Virus record (IMG/VR): IMGVR_UViG_3300028377_000002
DNA: 64,000 nucleotides
From: an uncultured virus (IMG/VR IMGVR_UViG_3300028377_000002)
Taxonomy: Duplodnaviria > Heunggongvirae > Uroviricota > Caudoviricetes
Direction: 5' to 3' (one strand)
Shown: in pieces, positions 1 through 9,100 of the stretch
Numbering within the stretch: the stretch's first letter is position 1
How the letters are laid out: every line of letters starts with the position of its first letter
Notes under the pieces: generated by a model
What the model saw: only the letters and a program-made list of their open reading frames with translations
The model's database searches: none
Told to the model about the DNA's origin: nothing
Program-made: the position numbers and the translations under genes

Positions 1-2
1 AT

Positions 3-2852
3 AGGGCAACAACTGGTAGTATAACAAATTCAAGTAAAGAAGGATTATTAATTTACGATTCTGATGATAATAACAGACCGACTATTCATAACGGAACTGA
101 ATGGAAAGGATTAGCTTATGTAGATGATTTAAATGTTGCCGAAGGTAATGGTCAGTTAGTGGCAATAGATGAAGGTAATGGTGTTGGTTATGTCTTAAAA
201 GATAGGGTTACTGGTAACTATGGTAGTATTGGTGAAAATGCAAAAGATTTTAGCTTTAGTGATACTACATCAACAACAAAGGGCGCAACAGGTGCCTTTT
301 CATTTGCTGAAGGTTTTAACACAACGGCTAGTGGTACGTACTCACATGTCGAAGGTTTTTTTACTGAAGCTAGTGGTAGGTACTCACATGCTGAAGGTAG
401 GATTACTATAGCTAGTGGTGTTAATTCTCATGCTGAGGGTGCTAGTACTGAAGCTAATGGTAGTGCTTCACATGCTGAAGGTAGGAGTACTATAGCTAGT
501 GGTGTTAATTCTCATGCTGAGGGTGCTAGTACTATAGCTAGTGGTGACGCTTCTCACGCCCAAGGTCAAGATGTTTATGCTAGGGCATTTGGTGAACATT
601 CTGGTGGTATATATGGAACTGATTATACACCAGTTAATGGTGGTGATACAGAACACCCAACTGATAGATTGGTTAATTACGGTAATGGTATTAGTACTTC
701 ATCTAGAGATGATGCGTTCACTATATACAGAAATGGGGCAGTTAGGTTTTATAGAAATGAACTTTCAGCTATAACTAACGCTGACGCTGGTTTCTTAATT
801 TATGATTCTGATGATAATAATAGACCGACTATTCATAACGGAACTGAATGGAAAGGATTAGCTTATGTAGATGAATTAGGTGGTGGAACTACTGGTTCAA
901 CGGGTGAATTGATATTCAATGGTAATGGTTATACTTTGAAAGATAGAGATGAAGCTAATTATGGTAATGTGGGTGTTAACGCAAAAGATTTTAGTTTCAG
1001 CGTTTCAACTAGTAATATTAATGGGGCAACAGGTGATAACTCTTTCACCGTTGGAGTTAATACAAAAGCTAGAGGGGATGCATCACATGCTGAGGGTGCT
1101 AGTACTGAAGCTAATGGTCCAAATTCACATGCCGAAGGTGATGGTTCAGTGGCTAGTGGTGTTAATTCTCATGCTGAAGGTGTTGGTTCAGTGGCTAGTG
1201 GTGCATATTCACATGCTGAAGGTGGAAATACAGAAGCTAATGGTAATGGTTCTCATGCTGAAGGTGTTGTTACTGAAGCTAATGGTAGTGCTTCACATGC
1301 TGAAGGTAGGAGTACTATAGCTAGTGGTAACGCTTCACACGCCGAAGGTCAAAATGTTTATGCTAGAGCGTTTGCTGAACATTCTGGTGGTGCTTTTGGA
1401 ACTGATTATACACCAGTTAATGGTGGTGGTAGTCACCCGACTGATAGAATAGTTAACTATGGTAATGGTGGTGATAGCTCTAATAGGGATGATGCATTTA
1501 CTATATATAGAAACGGCGCAGTTAGGTTTTATAGAAATGAACTTTCAGCTATAACTAACGCTGACGCTGGTTTCTTAATTTATGATTCTGATGATAATAA
1601 TAGACCGACTATTCATAACGGAACTGAGTGGAAGGGATTAGCATATGTGGATGAATTAGGTAGTGGTGGTACTGATACTAAAGTAAATGCATTAGGTTTT
1701 AACTCAGCTGATGGCGTTCTAACTGCAACTAGAGATGATTTAATTACTGTAACTACTAATTTAGATGGTAGGTATTCGTTATTAAACCATACACACACAA
1801 TATCAGATATAACTAATTTTCCAGTGGATATAAGTTATTTCAATAATGACGCTGGTTATATAACTAGTTTCACTGATACTAAAATAAATGCATTAGGTTT
1901 TAACTCAGCTGATGGCGTTCTAACTGCAACTAGAGATGATTTAATTACTGTAACTGTTGATTTAGATGGTAGGTATTCATTATTAAACCATACACACACA
2001 ATATCAGATATAGCTAATTTTCCAGTGGATATAAGTTATTTCAATAATGACGCTGGTTATATAACTAGTTTCACTGATACTTATTTAGATGGTGCAGGAT
2101 TTAGTACTTCTACTGGTGTACTATCATTAAGTAGAAATGATGGTTTATCTAATGTAACTGTTGATTTAGATGGTAGGTATTCATTATTAAACCATACACA
2201 CACAATATCAGATATAACTAATTTCCCAGTGGATATAAGTTATTTCAATAATGACGCTGGTTATATAACTAGTTTCACTGATACTTATGTTAATGATGTT
2301 TTATTTGATACCTCTAATGGAGTTTTAACATTAGATATAATTGGGGGTGCTAATCAAACAGCAGATTTAGACGGTAGGTATGTTGATTTGAGTAATACAC
2401 AAACTATTGGTGGTGAGAAAACTTTTACTTCTAATTCAATTTTCAACGGTGATGTAGGTATAGGGACAGATACACCATCTGCTAAATTAGATGTAAACGG
2501 TAATATAATAGCAGATAAAGTTTATTCTACATCGGCAACATCATCTTTAAGAAAATTAAAGAAAAATTTATCACCTTTTAACAATTCTGCACTAGCTTTA
2601 GTAGACTCCCTAGATATTTATACTTTTGATTATAAGGAGGAGAATAAAGGGGTGGACCAAATAGGTATTATGGCTGATGATTCACCTGATGAGTTTTTAA
2701 CAGAAGAAAGGGATGCGGTTAACTTGTATAAAACTTTATTTGTTCAAGCTAAGGCAATACAGGAATTATCACAAAAGAACAAGTATTTAGAAAATAAATT
2801 AAATAAGCTTGACGAATTAGAAAAGAGATTGAAATTAATTGAAGATATATAA
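3..2852 (+). CDS. Tail fibre/adhesin with SHAEG (YadA-head-like) repeats and C-terminal intramolecular chaperone (peptidase S74-like); 5' end lies upstream of the window
   Basis: Frame is open from nt 3 (RATTGSITNSSKEGLLIYDSDDNNRPTIHNGTEWKGLAY...), so GTG 159 is not the true start. 14-aa SHAEG repeats, repeated LDGRY/HTH/NNDAGYITS shaft units, VGIGTDTPSAKLDVNG, then SSLRKLKKN...IGIMADD and a coiled-coil tail. Confidence 0.85.
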   Translation, partial: RATTGSITNSSKEGLLIYDSDDNNRPTIHNGTEWKGLAYVDDLNVAEGNGQLVAIDEGNGVGYVLKDRVTGNYGSIGENAKDFSFSDTTSTTKGATGAFSFAEGFNTTASGTYSHVEGFFTEASGRYSHAEGRITIASGVNSHAEGASTEANGSASHAEGRSTIASGVNSHAEGASTIASGDASHAQGQDVYARAFGEHSGGIYGTDYTPVNGGDTEHPTDRLVNYGNGISTSSRDDAFTIYRNGAVRFYRNELSAITNADAGFLIYDSDDNNRPTIHNGTEWKGLAYVDELGGGTTGSTGELIFNGNGYTLKDRDEANYGNVGVNAKDFSFSVSTSNINGATGDNSFTVGVNTKARGDASHAEGASTEANGPNSHAEGDGSVASGVNSHAEGVGSVASGAYSHAEGGNTEANGNGSHAEGVVTEANGSASHAEGRSTIASGNASHAEGQNVYARAFAEHSGGAFGTDYTPVNGGGSHPTDRIVNYGNGGDSSNRDDAFTIYRNGAVRFYRNELSAITNADAGFLIYDSDDNNRPTIHNGTEWKGLAYVDELGSGGTDTKVNALGFNSADGVLTATRDDLITVTTNLDGRYSLLNHTHTISDITNFPVDISYFNNDAGYITSFTDTKINALGFNSADGVLTATRDDLITVTVDLDGRYSLLNHTHTISDIANFPVDISYFNNDAGYITSFTDTYLDGAGFSTSTGVLSLSRNDGLSNVTVDLDGRYSLLNHTHTISDITNFPVDISYFNNDAGYITSFTDTYVNDVLFDTSNGVLTLDIIGGANQTADLDGRYVDLSNTQTIGGEKTFTSNSIFNGDVGIGTDTPSAKLDVNGNIIADKVYSTSATSSLRKLKKNLSPFNNSALALVDSLDIYTFDYKEENKGVDQIGIMADDSPDEFLTEERDAVNLYKTLFVQAKAIQELSQKNKYLENKLNKLDELEKRLKLIEDI
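1672..2390 (+). repeat. Intragenic tandem repeat, ~200-nt unit x ~3.5 (fibre shaft)
   Basis: Unit DTxxNxLxFxxxxGVLT...LDGRYSLLNHTHTISDIxNFPVDISYFNNDAGYITSFT; the ttagatggtaggtattc...actagtttcactgatact block recurs almost verbatim three times. Confidence 0.9.
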
Positions 2853-4051
2853 TGGCAAGAGAGTTCAATGCAGTAGTAACATTTGATGATGCTCATTACA
2901 TGGTGGTTAATGAGGGGTATTTCCAATTGCAATCTGCAATGCCCACTGGAAGTGAATGTATGAGTAAGGCGGCAATACAATTTTTTTTACAAATTGATGA
3001 AACAAGGATTTCTAGTTTGGATATGAATCAACTAGTCCCTTATCAATTATTGTCACCATTAACAAACCTAGGGTGGAGAGTTAAACAAGATTCTGAATTT
3101 TGTGAAGAAGGCGTTACATTAGAGATTGAATCTACAGACCCTACTATTAGTGGAGCATTGGACGGGACAGCGACGGTGACTGTAACTTCAGGTGAAGGTC
3201 CTTACATTTATACATGGAGTAATGGTTCTACAACTAGTACTTCATCTATCACTAACACAATTACTGATTTAACTGTGGGTACTTATACCGTTACCGTAGA
3301 AGATTCTAGAGGTAATACAGCGAGTATAAGTACTATTTTATACGAAGGTGCAGTTGAATGTGCTGAAGGAATGGATGTAGCTATTATAATTGACTACTCT
3401 GCGAGTATGGCTGAAGATATTGAAAACACTAAATCTGGTGTATCAGATTTGGTTAACACTATTGAAACTGAAACTAACACTAATGATTATAGATTGGGTT
3501 TATGTATTGTAGATGAATGGTTTAATTCGGCAATTCAAGTTATTTATAATAATCCATATTATGATGAATTACCTAATAATCAAAAATTAACGTTAAATAG
3601 TAATGCAGATACAACGATTTATATAACAGCAATGGAGATGTTTAATATAAATAATAACTCTACGTTTAATACCCAATTAAATAAGATAAACAGCGATGTA
3701 TTTAGATTAGGGAGTGGTGCGGGTTTTCCAGAACCAATGGATATAGCATTAGATAAAGTTTTAAATAACAATTTACTTGGTCAATTTAGGTCAGGTGTTG
3801 CTAGGTATGTAATTTTAATAACCGATGCTTTACCTGGTGGATTAGATGATGATTTTACTGAGGAAGTTAGAAATCGTATCGCATCATTAACACAAGATTG
3901 TATTGATAATGGTGTTGTTGTTATAGTTCTTGGTCAAGGTGCTACAAACCCAATTTGGCAAGACCTTGCGACAGATACTGGAGGTGATTTCAATACCACA
4001 TATAACGCTAACACCATTTCTGATATCATTGAATCTTCATGTAATGTATAA
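2852..4051 (+). CDS. Virion-associated protein with SprB-like repeat and von Willebrand factor A domain
   Basis: DGTATVTVTSGEGPYIYTWSNG...LTVGTYTVTVEDSRG (SprB-like); DVAIIIDYSASM (MIDAS DxSxS), VILITDA, LATDTGG (VWA). Confidence 0.75.
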   Translation: MAREFNAVVTFDDAHYMVVNEGYFQLQSAMPTGSECMSKAAIQFFLQIDETRISSLDMNQLVPYQLLSPLTNLGWRVKQDSEFCEEGVTLEIESTDPTISGALDGTATVTVTSGEGPYIYTWSNGSTTSTSSITNTITDLTVGTYTVTVEDSRGNTASISTILYEGAVECAEGMDVAIIIDYSASMAEDIENTKSGVSDLVNTIETETNTNDYRLGLCIVDEWFNSAIQVIYNNPYYDELPNNQKLTLNSNADTTIYITAMEMFNINNNSTFNTQLNKINSDVFRLGSGAGFPEPMDIALDKVLNNNLLGQFRSGVARYVILITDALPGGLDDDFTEEVRNRIASLTQDCIDNGVVVIVLGQGATNPIWQDLATDTGGDFNTTYNANTISDIIESSCNV

Positions 4052-4074
4052 ATTAATAAATAAATAAAGATAAT

Positions 4075-5322
4075 ATGGCAACTAACGGATTTGTGGGTTA
4101 TGGGATTTTAGAGAGATATAATATTGATACGGGTGAACCAACAGGTGAGACTAAACCCAATACAGAGTTTATAGGTGGTGAATTAAATGAGGACTACGTA
4201 GCTCCAGTTTTTAATACATCTATTTGCCCAATAACTAATCCTGATGGTCAACCACCAGTAGTAACTAATTTGGCTGAAACTAATAATTCTCAAACATCTA
4301 TAAGTATTAGCTGGAATAGTACTGATGATGTTGGTGTGGTATCTCAAACTATATATTACCAAGCGGCTGGTGGTGTTTGGTTAACAATAAATGTTGGAGG
4401 TGGTGTTAGGAATTATACGATAAGTGATTTAGGGATAAATACGAATTATATCATTTATATTACCGCTAGAGATGCGGCTAATAATGTAGGGACTAGCGAT
4501 AGTTTGTTCACTGGTACAGTTAAAAATTTACCAACTATTAATATATCAATCGATGCTTTTGATACCACACAACAAGCTTGTAGTTCTTTATCATCGACGA
4601 GACTTATTTTTTGGGATGACCAACTGAATAATGGTGAAGTTGGGGGTACTGATAAGTTATTTGAAAATATAGAAGGTACATTACCCTTTGATGGTAATAA
4701 TAAATTCTACACATTTAATGAAGATAATCAAGCCACTAGTGATTCAATAATTAAAGTAGATTCAAATGGTATTATAACACTAAAATATGATTGTTCACAA
4801 TCATTAAGTGTTATACCTTCAAGTGAAGACGTAGATGATAGTGCAGGTATATTTTCATTTAGTGTAACTTCAAATACTACTTGGAATGTTTTTAATAATG
4901 ATTCTTGGATAGATATAAATTATTCGACTGTCGCTGGAATAGGTAATGATAATACAGTTTCGGTAAACTATTCACAGAATACTACTGGTAATGAAAGAAC
5001 TGGAAGTATAGTTTTAAGGACAACAGATAGTTTTATAACTAGAACAATTTCATTAAGACAATTCTCAGATTCACCTACATTTCAACAAACCTTAGCTAGA
5101 GATTCTTCTTCAATAGAAAATGCTTGTGGTGGTGTGTTAAATTTAACTAAATATACAGACACTGAATCCCTCAATTCAGCTAGTCAATTATATGAAAATA
5201 GTAATGGTGATTTAGAACAGATTTCTGGATATTATTCAGATGGTAATACATGGAAGTTTTGGGATATTAGAACTGAGTCATTCACTAGTTCTGGAATATG
5301 TGATTTTTCAGGTGGTATTTAA
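4075..5322 (+). CDS. Virion-associated protein with fibronectin type III and BACON-like domains
   Basis: SISISWNSTDDVGV...YTISDLGINTNYIIYITARDAANN (Fn3); FSVTSNTTW...SWI...NTTGNERTGSIVL (BACON). Confidence 0.75.
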   Translation: MATNGFVGYGILERYNIDTGEPTGETKPNTEFIGGELNEDYVAPVFNTSICPITNPDGQPPVVTNLAETNNSQTSISISWNSTDDVGVVSQTIYYQAAGGVWLTINVGGGVRNYTISDLGINTNYIIYITARDAANNVGTSDSLFTGTVKNLPTINISIDAFDTTQQACSSLSSTRLIFWDDQLNNGEVGGTDKLFENIEGTLPFDGNNKFYTFNEDNQATSDSIIKVDSNGIITLKYDCSQSLSVIPSSEDVDDSAGIFSFSVTSNTTWNVFNNDSWIDINYSTVAGIGNDNTVSVNYSQNTTGNERTGSIVLRTTDSFITRTISLRQFSDSPTFQQTLARDSSSIENACGGVLNLTKYTDTESLNSASQLYENSNGDLEQISGYYSDGNTWKFWDIRTESFTSSGICDFSGGI

Positions 5323-5364
5323 CTTAAAATGATTATGATGTTTAATAAAAAATTACATATTTAT

Positions 5365-5636
5365 AAAACGGAGCGTAAAACCCATTCATCGCTTTTGCGT
5401 GGATGGGATGTAAGCGACTCCAATTACACTTACGTTTTTGCCAAAAAATATCGTACTTTTACAAAAGTTTAAACTATTTAATAACATATGCTTAAAGGTT
5501 TTAAATATAGATTAGCTTTAAAAAATAATTTGAGTGGGGAACACACTCTTAAAAATCAGGACGAACTGTTGACGTTAGTCAAAGTGCTGACCCCTGAAGC
5601 CCATCCCATCGCCTCTGGCGTGGGTGGGTAGTTCAC
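5365..5636 (+). mobile_element. Non-autonomous IS200/IS605-family mini-element 1 (internally deleted tnpB)
   Basis: Preceded by TTTAT; left-end hairpin cccattcatcgc-tttt-gcgtggatggg; right-end hairpin cccatcccatcgcc-tct-ggcgtgggtggg followed by TTCAC; GC-rich against AT background. Confidence 0.85.
5488..5631 (+). pseudogene. tnpB: tnpB deletion remnant: N-terminal 9 aa fused in frame to C-terminal tail (47 aa)
   Basis: MLKGFKYRL (TnpB-type N-terminus) joined to ALKNNLSGEHTLKNQDELLTLVKVLTPEAHPIASGVGG*, which runs into the right-end hairpin. Confidence 0.75.
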
Positions 5637-5678
5637 AATTAAATGATTAATAATAATATATAATAAAAACAAAAAAAA

Positions 5679-5915
5679 ATGGAAGAAAAAAACAGAAATT
5701 TAAAAAGAGGTAAAACTCTAAGAGATAACTCAGACCCAAGAAATCACATAAGAAGGGAAGATGAAGATGATAATAACACTGAAGGTACACCAAATAGAGG
5801 TTTTCAGGGGTCAGGGACTGTTCAAGATAAAAAGGGTTTGAGTCTTGCAGCTAAAATAGCTATAGGGGTTTTAATAGTGCTAGGTGTAGGTGTAGGTTTA
5901 GCTATATTTTTATAA
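5679..5915 (+). CDS. Small hypothetical protein with C-terminal transmembrane anchor
   Basis: 78 aa; charged N-part, hydrophobic C-end IAIGVLIVLGVGVGLAIFL; A-rich start context. Confidence 0.7.
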   Translation: MEEKNRNLKRGKTLRDNSDPRNHIRREDEDDNNTEGTPNRGFQGSGTVQDKKGLSLAAKIAIGVLIVLGVGVGLAIFL

Positions 5916-6107
5916 AACGGAGCGTAAAACCCACCCATCGCTTTTACGTGGGTGGGATGTAAGCGACAAAGGTAATGATTAACCAATACTATCTGGTTCA
6001 GGAACTGACTCGGATATAAAACAAAAACGGAGTAAGGCGTTGCCATTAGGCGAGTCTATGACCTCCGAAGCCCATCCCATCGCCTCTGGCGTGGGTGGGT
6101 AGTTCAC
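5914..6107 (+). mobile_element. Non-autonomous IS200/IS605-family mini-element 2
   Basis: TTTAT then a near-identical left end (aaaacggagcgtaaaaccc...gggatgtaagcgac); a different tnpB-like 3' tail (ILSGSGTDSDIKQKRSKALPLGESMTSEAHPIASGVGG*); last 41 nt identical to element 1, ending TTCAC. Confidence 0.85.
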
Positions 6108-6132
6108 AATATGAAGTTAAAATAAAGTAAAA

Positions 6133-6163
6133 AAAAAAAGGAGGTGTTAAACCTCCTTTTTTT
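6133..6163. terminator. Bidirectional intrinsic terminator
   Basis: aaaaaaaggaggt-gttaa-acctccttttttt between convergent transcription units. Confidence 0.75.
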
Positions 6164-9100
6164 CTAACTTTCTAAGTTTTTTGTAATCCTCAACATCGAT
6201 TTCAATGCCAACTAAATTCAATTCTTTTTCTATTTTATTGGCCTTACCTTCATCTTTATTAAGTTTAGCTTTAACCCACATGTTATATATCCACCCTTCA
6301 AAGTTTTTGTCATTTTTACTTGGATTTTCATTTAAATACCAATAACTTCTTTGTTCAGCCCAAGGCTCGTACTTTAATATATCCTCTACCGTACCTAAAT
6401 CAACACCCCATTTCGCTGAGGTTACAAATATATTTGGATTTCCTTTATCGTCGTCATGTACATTAAATTCAGCGAATGCTTCCAATTGCTTAGGTATTTT
6501 AGAAGACCCTTTCATTGTATTAATATCTTCAACTTCTAAACGTTTTATTGTGGATAAAAACATATTTTTATCGTATTTAATACCTTCAATTCTTTCTATT
6601 TCCTTTCTTTTATTATAATCATCAACAACTTCATTCCACTTTAACCCTAAATCTTCTAAATTATTAGGTACTTTTTTATTTCTTAACCAAAATTGGATTT
6701 CTTTATCCTCCATTGACATTAAATCATCATTATAGTCATCTTGGTCACCTTCTTTTATTGATGTTCCATTGGTTAATTGACATTGTGACTCAGTGAATAC
6801 CTTGAAATCACTTAATGTCATTTCTTTAGTCTTCTTATCCTTAACCATATCGACTATAATATCATCTCTAATTTCAGGACTAAAACAAACTAATAGAGGT
6901 TTTATTCTTTTATTAAAGTTATCCAAATATTTTGGTACATTATATTCTTCCGTTGTTAATTCTGGATTACCCTCAATTTGTTCAGCTGGAATCATCATAC
7001 AATTTAGATGTACGCTTCTTTTACCAGTTTCTTTATCAGTTTTAACTTTAACATCACCATGTGACTTTACAGTACCAGTATTTACATAATACATTGTATC
7101 ACCTAAATGAATGTCCACATCATTCTGAATAGCCAACTCCATGTGAGCCTTTCTAGCTTTATAGTTACCAGCTTTAGTCTTAGTTTTAGATTCCTTAATG
7201 TAAGTTGATTTAGACTCTTTAACATTAGATTTAGATGCTATTTTCATCAGTGGTACCCTAAAGTTGTAAATATCGTCAACAGTTTTATTATATAGTTGAA
7301 TGAATTTGTAACCATCACCATTTAATAAATATTTAATAGCTTCTGATAAAAATTCTTCAATGTATATCGGCATTTTAGATGACTTAATTGTATTACCAAC
7401 TAATTTAATCTTACCATCGATAAGGTTAGCATAATTTTTCCTAGAGAAATTAATTGTTGATTCACAAATATCATCAATATCTAGGCCCATACGGCCAATC
7501 ATATACAATTCATTGTACTCATCAACAACTGCATCTAAACCAACAGACTCAACACCTTTTTTGCTTTCCGTAAATCTATGCGTACCTTTAGGTGTATATC
7601 TAAACTTGTCAACATCTTTAGGTATTGCAAAGTTGAAACCATCAGTGTTCTTTAAGTCAACACCTCCAATTCCACCAACAAAAGTACCATCTTCTGTTGA
7701 AATGTCATACACATATCCATTAGGACATCTATTTTTTATAACCTCATTTAACCAAACTTCATCACTTTTCATTTTAGTTTTATTAGTAAAAGATGAGTTA
7801 TTTCTATTTTTATTTTTTAATCTAAATGAGATGAAATTTTCTTTATCTTTTATAGTTCTTATTTTTTTATCAATACCTAAACAATCCATAATATACCCAA
7901 TACCAGACATAGCAACTTGAGATTTCATACCAATATCTGAACAATCTTCTAAATAATCACCATAACCATCTGAGGAAAAAACACCATTTAAAAAAGCTAA
8001 TTTATTTTTATCACTAGCATTTAATATGTAATACGGAATTTTCTTCTCTCTGTATGAAGTATAAAAATCTTTACTAAATTTAATACTTACGTATTTAGAA
8101 TAACTAACTAGATTATAAACACCACTAGATTTTCTATGGTCTTTAATCTTTGTTTTAATATCAAATTGTTCTTCTATGATTAATTGTAATTTAAGTAATT
8201 TATCATAGTTAGATGAAGAAATTTTAAAAACACTTCTTTTCCCTTTATTAATATTTATTTCACCAGTTCTTTTAGATTTATAATATTGTTTTCTATCACC
8301 ATAAGTAGCGGAACCATCACCTAAAAAATAACCATATAGAAATGATACTTCTTCATCTAAATATTCAATACCTTCATTATTAAAATTTTCAACATTTCTA
8401 ACATCTAATAAATCACCTCTTTTTAAATCTTTAGGTTTTATTTGTTTAGTATTTTGAAAAAGTGAGTGGTCTTCGGTTACACAAACTAATTTATCCTTTG
8501 TAGAGACTCTATGTATTTTTTTATCTGTTTTATGACGATATATATAATTAATTTCTTTCCAACCATTTACGGTTAAGACTTCATATGGTTTGATTTCATA
8601 ATCTCTAAGTTCTTCTTCATCAATAAACTCTGAGTTAGGATTATATAAATCAGAGATTGGTAGAATATCTATCTCTTTCGTTTTTTTCCACCTGATAAAT
8701 ATTGGAGTGTTAAAGGTTACTGAATCTCCAACTAAAGGTGTGAATCCTTTATCAACAAAGAACCAAACCATTAATCTTAGATATTGTCTACCTCTACAAG
8801 TGGTTTCTTCAGCACATTCAATATCACCCCAGTTAAATATGTTAGGTGCGCCCAAAGAACCAAAAAATGAGTTACCTAGAATTTTAATAGGTAATTGTTT
8901 CTTATCATACGTACTTGCTAAAGCTGAGTTTTCTTTTATTTGTTTTTTAGCAAAACCCAACTCTTCCTCAGTCATAGATTCACCTTTCGTATCTATAATC
9001 TCTTGGAATGTTCTAACTTCAGCTTTATGTTCATTCATTAAACCTTTAAACTTATCCCTTGTATTTGCAATATAAAGTAACATACCTTTCATTACATCAC

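Noticed and set aside
220..1320. Alternative-frame ORFs 220..411, 541..774, 949..1320 (and 16690..17061)
   Set aside because: Shadow frames of the repetitive fibre codons (MLKV repeats).
300..1400. 42-nt periodic repeats resembling a CRISPR array
   Set aside because: They are in-frame SHAEG codon repeats within a long ORF, degenerate at third positions; no cas genes.
5822..6046. Minus-strand 74-aa ORF
   Set aside because: Antisense across the IS mini-element and gene 5679; no coding features.
5365..6107. IStron / group I intron
   Set aside because: Elements are too short, essentially intergenic, and show no recognisable intron core.
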